64,000 bases of DNA from Muribaculaceae bacterium (lineage in GTDB: Bacteria; Bacteroidota; Bacteroidia; Bacteroidales; Muribaculaceae). The translations under genes and the position numbers were made by a program. How positions within the stretch are numbered: the first letter of the stretch is position 1; every line of letters begins with the position of its first letter. The DNA lies in contig VSPM01000001.1 of assembly GCA_009775365.1 (NCBI GenBank), forward strand, positions 27,735-91,734, in the 5' to 3' direction. Shown here one piece after another: positions 58,902-64,000 of this stretch. The notes beneath the pieces were generated by a model. The model made no database searches. It was given only the letters and a program-made list of their open reading frames with translations, and was not told the origin of the DNA.

Positions 58902-60167
58902 TCAATAGAAACTCTTGTTCACAGAGAATGCGAATTTCTTTCGGCATATAAAGGAAATTGCGGTGTAGACTGTCAGCGAAATGAAACAGACAAAAAATGC
59001 GAATGTCTGATGAGATTGTGCGTGCAACAAATTGCGCAGTCCGTCGATAATCAAGGGCGTCGCTACTATGGCTATATAGTTTGAAGAAAGCACCAACGCA
59101 AGAGCGAGAGTGGATTTCGAGTCAGACGACACCGCACGGCTTGCCTTGTCATAGATAAGTGGCTGGCATATTCCATAGCCAAGGCCGGCAAGAGAAGACC
59201 CGATGCACATTGCCAATTGGTCTTGAAAGAAGGCGAATAGGGCAATCCCGATTGTCATCAACAATGCGGCATAGAAGAATGCGCCGCCTTTGAGCAATTT
59301 TATAATCCAGGGGAGAGAAAACCCCGGAATAAGAATAAATAGATAATAGAGTGCCGTTACCGTGCCTGTAAGTGTGGGGCTCCAGTCGTGTTTCTCGGAC
59401 AGGAAGGGGCAGAAATAAGATACGGTCACGGTAGAGAATGTAATGAAGGCGTACACGCCGATCAATGCCCATATCTTGTTGAAATAAATTCCCGAACGTG
59501 AAGGCTTGGTTGCATTGTCTTCTGAGTCTTCCGTAGCGGAGGCCGTAGTGTGGCTCCTGGATTCCGGAAGGATTACCGATTCCGGTATAAGTTCATTTTT
59601 AGGAATTTCCCGCAGCCAGAAGGATAGCGCGAGTGGCACCAGGCATACCAGATAGACGATGAAGGGGAGATGCCAGTTGCCGTGGCTTAGCCAGCCAACG
59701 GCAAACGTGGCGATCACTAATGAAGAATTTGATATTCCTGAGACGAGTCCCATTTTGTCCATGCGGTATTTCCCTGCGAATGTGTCGGAGATAAGACCTT
59801 TGGAAAAAGGGATTATCAGACCTGCTCCACATCCCAGAATGCAGCTTACCACAATAAGCCAGACCATGCTGTCGGCAAACAGATAGGCTATAGAGCAGGC
59901 TGTGAATATAAGCAATGCCGTTACTATCACTCCTGTCTTATGCCGTGACAGCGATAATTTGCCTGAAAGAAAGACAAAAGGGATTATGGCCAGATTTGGA
60001 AGCAATGTCAGCAGTTGCTTTTCGAGCTGGGTGGTATCCGGAAAAATTTTCGAGAGCGAACCGAGCATGGGCGTGACTGCCAGCCCCGGAAGGTTTACAA
60101 TCAGGGAAATAGACAGAATGGCACAGAATGTCATCACTGAAATCGGGGTTTTGCCGGTCTGGATCAT
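58902..60167 (-). CDS. MFS transporter
   Basis: 421 aa with about 12 hydrophobic segments. It is 5 nt from the upstream antiporter stop. Confidence 0.8.
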   Translation of the reverse strand: MIQTGKTPISVMTFCAILSISLIVNLPGLAVTPMLGSLSKIFPDTTQLEKQLLTLLPNLAIIPFVFLSGKLSLSRHKTGVIVTALLIFTACSIAYLFADSMVWLIVVSCILGCGAGLIIPFSKGLISDTFAGKYRMDKMGLVSGISNSSLVIATFAVGWLSHGNWHLPFIVYLVCLVPLALSFWLREIPKNELIPESVILPESRSHTTASATEDSEDNATKPSRSGIYFNKIWALIGVYAFITFSTVTVSYFCPFLSEKHDWSPTLTGTVTALYYLFILIPGFSLPWIIKLLKGGAFFYAALLMTIGIALFAFFQDQLAMCIGSSLAGLGYGICQPLIYDKASRAVSSDSKSTLALALVLSSNYIAIVATPLIIDGLRNLLHAQSHQTFAFFVCFISLTVYTAISFICRKKFAFSVNKSFY

Positions 60168-60172
60168 AAGTC

Positions 60173-61804
60173 TTATTTTTTAGCTTGGAGCGTTTTCATG
60201 CTGACGGGGCCTGACTCTCCGTCTTCCCATTTGACGGCATGTTCGATTTCTTGAGGAGTGGGCACATATCCGGCCGGCCATTTTGATACGGTGGATGGAG
60301 TGCGTCCTTCAATTTCCCAGTCAAACGGTTCAAAGTCTGTCTGTGGGTCACGCCATTGAGGTTTGCGTTTTGCATAAACTACGAACGGCACCACAAGGAA
60401 GAAAACAGAACCGAGCACAAGGATTATGACATATACCAACGGGCTTCCGGTGTTGATTTGTGTCGGAGGCACAAAACTCAGCACCATTGCCAGGAGGGCT
60501 CCGATTACGCCGACACCGGTTACAAGCCATTTTCCGAATTTGCCGCCGGGCACGCGGAATCCGCGTCTCACGTTAGGCTCTGTGCGGCGTAGGCGTATGA
60601 ATGTGAAATATATAATGAAAACCATTGCCAGATAGATGATTGTAGACATTTGGCTCAGAATCTGATAGGCAGACTGCACGCTCGGCAGCACCACAAGGGC
60701 CAGCGACAGAACCGACACCATGATGCCCTGCACCCAGAGGATAGATGTCTGGATTCCGTTTTTATTAGTTTTCTGAAGGCTTCTGGGCAGGTAGCCTGCC
60801 TTGCCTACTGTGAGTATGCCCGAAGAGGGGGCGACAATGACGCAGCTTACTTGTCCGATAACGCCGAATGTAAGGAACAATGCGACGACATGGCCGAGCC
60901 ATTCGCAGTGTATTGAGGCGAACAGATTGTTATATGCAACAAGAAGAGACGCGAGGAGGTTGATGTCTTTCTGTGGAATGACAAAGCCGATTGCCAGTGT
61001 GCCGAAAATGAATACGCAGAGGATGATTAACACTGCTAAAAATACGGCTTTCGGAAAAGATTTTGCCGGATTCTGCATGTATGGCACATGCACGGCCTGC
61101 ATCTCCATGCCTGCAAAGAACAGGAATATTGAGGCCGCCAGCACTATGGTGCCGAATTTGGAGAAATCCGGCCAAAAAGGCTGGTGAGCATCAATATATA
61201 TATGATTACCCATGCACACATAGATTATGCCAAGGATTATAAGAATTGCTCCCGGGATTATGGTGCCGAAAAGACCTCCCATGGTAGAGAGCTTATTGGC
61301 ATATGCCTGTCCGCGGAATGAATTGAAATTCGCAATCCAGTATACTCCAAGAACCACTGCCAGGGAATATATCACATTTGAAGAAAGTTTTGAGTCGAAT
61401 GATTCCGGCCAGAAGATATAGGCGAGTGTGACAGCTCCGAACATTAGCACGGCAGGGAACCAGATCACCACCATCTGCCAGTCATAATACATGGCCGCCC
61501 ATCCCCATTTAGGCCCGAGGCCTTCGCTGACCCAGCGGAACAGTCCTCCGCTTTTTGTCCAGGTGGAAGCAAGCTCTGCGCAGACGAGAGAGTAGGGGAT
61601 CAGAAAGACAAGACCCGCGAATACATAATAAAAAATAGACGTGTACCCATATTCGGCTTGTGAGGCGAGCCCTCGCATGCTTATGATATTGGTGACAATA
61701 AGAATTGTCATAGCCCACATTCCGATAACCGGCTTTTTAATGGAACTGTTGGTGGCTCGCTGGGCTTTCCCCGAAGAAGAGGGAGTAGATTGAAGATTTG
61801 CCAT
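60173..61804 (-). CDS. APC-superfamily amino acid antiporter (glutamate:GABA antiporter GadC-like) with a C-terminal hydrophilic tail
   Basis: CAELASTWTKSGGLFRWVSEGLGPKWGW and FWPESFD resemble GadC-type antiporters. About 70 hydrophilic C-terminal residues resemble a C-plug. Confidence 0.8.
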   Translation of the reverse strand: MANLQSTPSSSGKAQRATNSSIKKPVIGMWAMTILIVTNIISMRGLASQAEYGYTSIFYYVFAGLVFLIPYSLVCAELASTWTKSGGLFRWVSEGLGPKWGWAAMYYDWQMVVIWFPAVLMFGAVTLAYIFWPESFDSKLSSNVIYSLAVVLGVYWIANFNSFRGQAYANKLSTMGGLFGTIIPGAILIILGIIYVCMGNHIYIDAHQPFWPDFSKFGTIVLAASIFLFFAGMEMQAVHVPYMQNPAKSFPKAVFLAVLIILCVFIFGTLAIGFVIPQKDINLLASLLVAYNNLFASIHCEWLGHVVALFLTFGVIGQVSCVIVAPSSGILTVGKAGYLPRSLQKTNKNGIQTSILWVQGIMVSVLSLALVVLPSVQSAYQILSQMSTIIYLAMVFIIYFTFIRLRRTEPNVRRGFRVPGGKFGKWLVTGVGVIGALLAMVLSFVPPTQINTGSPLVYVIILVLGSVFFLVVPFVVYAKRKPQWRDPQTDFEPFDWEIEGRTPSTVSKWPAGYVPTPQEIEHAVKWEDGESGPVSMKTLQAKK

Positions 61805-62203
61805 AGCAATAGGTGTTTGTGTTTTTCTTTAATGGGTCTGAGAGGCGGCGAGTAAGATTTTATGTTTTCACATCGCTGGCATCAACCCTTTATTTATTGT
61901 AAAAAGAACATGTATTTAAGGCAATTGGTTTAGGAAGATGGCAAATTTCATACATAAGGTCTGTCAATGGCTCGGATGTGAAATTGTTTTTAGGTTAGAT
62001 GTAAACTTTTTTAAGCAAGAAAGTGTTTTAGGTCTAAACAATCGGTCATTCGGTGTTTCTGAATAAGAGACTTCGGGATTGTTCCGACGAAATTATAGTT
62101 ATACGCCGGTATTATCTTGGAAAATCTGAAATCTTAATCTTAAGACAACACATAGTTCCCACTTAACCCGGTATGTTATTCATTTAAAATCCTTATAAAA
62201 ATT

Positions 62204-63361
62204 ATGGCAACAAAAAATTATTCACCTGTTGTGCAGGAGCTTATTGACTTGATAGCCAAGAATGGCTGGGAAGATAGGTTCCAGAAAGCCCTTGATGCCT
62301 GTCATGCGCTTAACACTATTGAGTATGAAAACATCAAGACCCTTGATGACTATTACGATTGGCTGGAAGGAGAGTTGAAATGGATTCCGGTAGAGAATCC
62401 AGAAGGCACTATTGTGTATGAGCATGTCACGATGTTCTATTTCCTCCTTGACCAAAGCCCAGTCAAGGAGCTTCAGACTCCAATCATTCCCTCAAAGCTA
62501 AAGGGCAACGAAGAGCCTCCGCTTACTCCTTTGTCGCAGTGGATGCGGAAATATGTGGTTTCATTCGGAGCATGGATGGATCAGCCGGAGTCGCTTAATG
62601 ATGAAGCTGTAAAAAGCTATTATGATTCTCCCCGTTATAATATGGGAGACTATGAGATGCCTGAAGGGGGTTGGAAAACGTTCAACCAGTTCTTTGCGCG
62701 CCGCAAGAAACCGGGATATATGCCGATTGCCGCAATCAACGACGACCATGTGATCACTTCTCCGGCCGACTCCACCAATGACGGCCAGTGGGAGATTAAT
62801 GCAGAATCTAAGGTTAATATCAAGGGCCTGGAATGGAGCATAGAGGAGCTCCTTGAAGGATCTGAATATAAGGATGACTTCGCCGGCGGCATATGGATTC
62901 ACCAGTTCCTTAACACTACCGACTATCACCGTCAGCATGCGCCTGTAAGCGGCACGGTTCTTGAGGCAAGAGAATTGCAGGGTGTTGTATACCTCGGAGT
63001 GGAGGCAGTTCCTATCGAAGGTGATGAAAAGGGGCGCACTCACATTGTTCGTCGTAAACTTAATGCTCTTGACGAGGCCGGCTATGAATTCTTGCAGATG
63101 CGTGGCCTGATTGTGATACAGTCTTCTATAGGAAAAGTTGCAATCCTTCCGATGGGCATGGCTCAGGTTTCGTCAATTGTGGTGACGGCAGAGAAAGGGA
63201 CAAAGTTGCGTAAAGGCGAGGAAATCTCTTATTTCCAGTTTGGTGGTTCTGATATCGTCATGGTGTTCCAGCGCGAATCGAATGTGAGCATCACAGCCCA
63301 GCCGGGTGTGCATTACAGGTCCGGCACACGTATTGCCATGGCTTATCCCGTAGGAGAATGA
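62204..63361 (+). CDS. phosphatidylserine decarboxylase-family protein with an N-terminal accessory domain (PsiD-like soluble pyruvoyl-dependent decarboxylase candidate)
   Basis: PSD motifs DYHRQHAP and FQFGGS are present (candidate autocleavage and pyruvoyl Ser349, codon 63248-63250). There is no obvious TM helix. The N-terminal domain of about 150 aa is absent from ordinary bacterial PSD. Confidence 0.75.
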   Translation: MATKNYSPVVQELIDLIAKNGWEDRFQKALDACHALNTIEYENIKTLDDYYDWLEGELKWIPVENPEGTIVYEHVTMFYFLLDQSPVKELQTPIIPSKLKGNEEPPLTPLSQWMRKYVVSFGAWMDQPESLNDEAVKSYYDSPRYNMGDYEMPEGGWKTFNQFFARRKKPGYMPIAAINDDHVITSPADSTNDGQWEINAESKVNIKGLEWSIEELLEGSEYKDDFAGGIWIHQFLNTTDYHRQHAPVSGTVLEARELQGVVYLGVEAVPIEGDEKGRTHIVRRKLNALDEAGYEFLQMRGLIVIQSSIGKVAILPMGMAQVSSIVVTAEKGTKLRKGEEISYFQFGGSDIVMVFQRESNVSITAQPGVHYRSGTRIAMAYPVGE

Positions 63362-63378
63362 CAAGTGATGGGCCTTAT

Positions 63379-63408
63379 AGATAACTTCGGATGTTATCTT
63401 GGTTTTTG
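63379..63408 (+). terminator. hairpin 1 after the decarboxylase
   Basis: agataac (63379-63385) pairs with gttatct (63393-63399), followed by tggttttt. Confidence 0.45.
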
Positions 63409-63427
63409 TGTATACTATTAATAACCT

Positions 63428-63480
63428 GACTCCCGATAGAGCCCGTTGATTACTATTGGCGCCCTGTCGGGAGTCTTTTT
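63428..63480 (+). terminator. hairpin 2, immediately upstream of the second antiporter start
   Basis: gactcccga (63428-63436) pairs with tcgggagtc (63467-63475), followed by ttttt. It ends 10 nt before ATG 63491. Confidence 0.45.
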
Positions 63481-63490
63481 ATTTTCTGCT

Positions 63491-64000
63491 ATGAACAGAC
63501 AAACTGTAATTCCTAAAGAATCGCCGGTGACATCGTCAGGACGTAAAAAGAATCTGTCTACAGCGCATGGCTCTCTCTCGATGTGGGCCATGGCTATATT
63601 GATAATCACCTCGATACTTAGCCTTAGAGGATTGCCTTCTGAGGCCAAATATGGTGTCCAGTCTATATTTTTTTATTTGTTTGCGGCGGTTGTTTTCCTT
63701 CTCCCGTTTGCGCTTGTGTGTGCGGAGCTTGCCTCTACCTACACTAAATCGGGAGGGCTTTACCGTTGGGTGTCGGAGGCGTTCGGGCCTCGGCTCGGAT
63801 GGCTTTCGATGTTTCTTGAGTGGCAGACTATTGTGATATGGTTTCCTACGGTGCTGATGTTTGCGGCCGCCTCGCTGGCTTATATGTTCTGGCCGGAGAG
63901 TTTTGACGAACGGCTTGCCTCAAACAAGTTTTATACGCTGGCTATAGCATTGCTGGTTTACTGGCTTTCCACTTGGAACGCATTCCGGGGGCAGAAGTCG
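63491..64000 (+). CDS. second GadC-like APC amino acid antiporter (3' end outside the window)
   Basis: My own translation from ATG 63491 gives MNRQTVIPKESP...CAELASTYTKSGGLYRWVSEAFGPRLGW...FWPESFDERL. It is clearly paralogous to 60173-61804 and stays open to the window end. Confidence 0.8.
   Translation, partial: MNRQTVIPKESPVTSSGRKKNLSTAHGSLSMWAMAILIITSILSLRGLPSEAKYGVQSIFFYLFAAVVFLLPFALVCAELASTYTKSGGLYRWVSEAFGPRLGWLSMFLEWQTIVIWFPTVLMFAAASLAYMFWPESFDERLASNKFYTLAIALLVYWLSTWNAFRGQKS

Noticed and set aside
1-64000. tRNA, rRNA or other structured RNA genes in the intergenic regions
   Set aside because: I scanned the intergenic stretches by eye for T-loop-like GGTTCGA(A/T)TCC motifs and rRNA-like segments and found none. 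A covariance-model scan (tRNAscan-SE/Infernal) would be needed to exclude small ncRNAs, especially in 61805-62203 and 15699-16020.

Overview
The window looks like a Bacteroidota (Bacteroidales-like) chromosome. The taxon is inferred from SusC/SusD pairs, hybrid two-component sensors, T9SS C-terminal sorting tails and the frdCAB order. Content by coordinate: (1) 1-11.5 kb holds housekeeping and envelope genes: a GH31 glycosidase, an 878-bp IS5-family element, ferritin, a four-helix-bundle gene cassette, lpxB and an SDR. (2) 11.7-34.3 kb is a composite fructan (GH32) polysaccharide utilisation locus. It has fructokinase, sugar permease and GH32 on the minus strand. It also has two paralogous hybrid two-component sensors, SusC, SusD, a surface lipoprotein and a second GH32. 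Between the sensors lies about 4 kb of decayed genes. (3) 34.4-38.4 kb holds small envelope proteins, a GH43 relic, a GT2 and a T9SS cargo. (4) 38.6-54.7 kb holds frdCAB, a DegT-type aminotransferase, large T9SS-tailed proteins, a TPR/AraC regulator, yebC and pheT. (5) 55.0-57.2 kb is an AT-rich type II restriction-modification island. (6) 57.6-64.0 kb is the locus I rate most interesting. A soluble phosphatidylserine-decarboxylase-family (PsiD-like, pyruvoyl-type) enzyme sits between two paralogous GadC-like amino-acid antiporters, next to an MFS transporter and a porin. The second strongest observation is a perfect 422-bp tandem duplication that frameshifts the first fructan-PUL sensor; removing one copy restores a 915-codon frame. 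Also notable are a 9-bp-periodic repeat family that flanks the four-helix-bundle gene and recurs alone inside the PUL, and a His/Lys-rich small lipoprotein. I found no rRNA, tRNA or CRISPR array. All family assignments come from reading the translated ORFs and recognising motifs. No database search was run.
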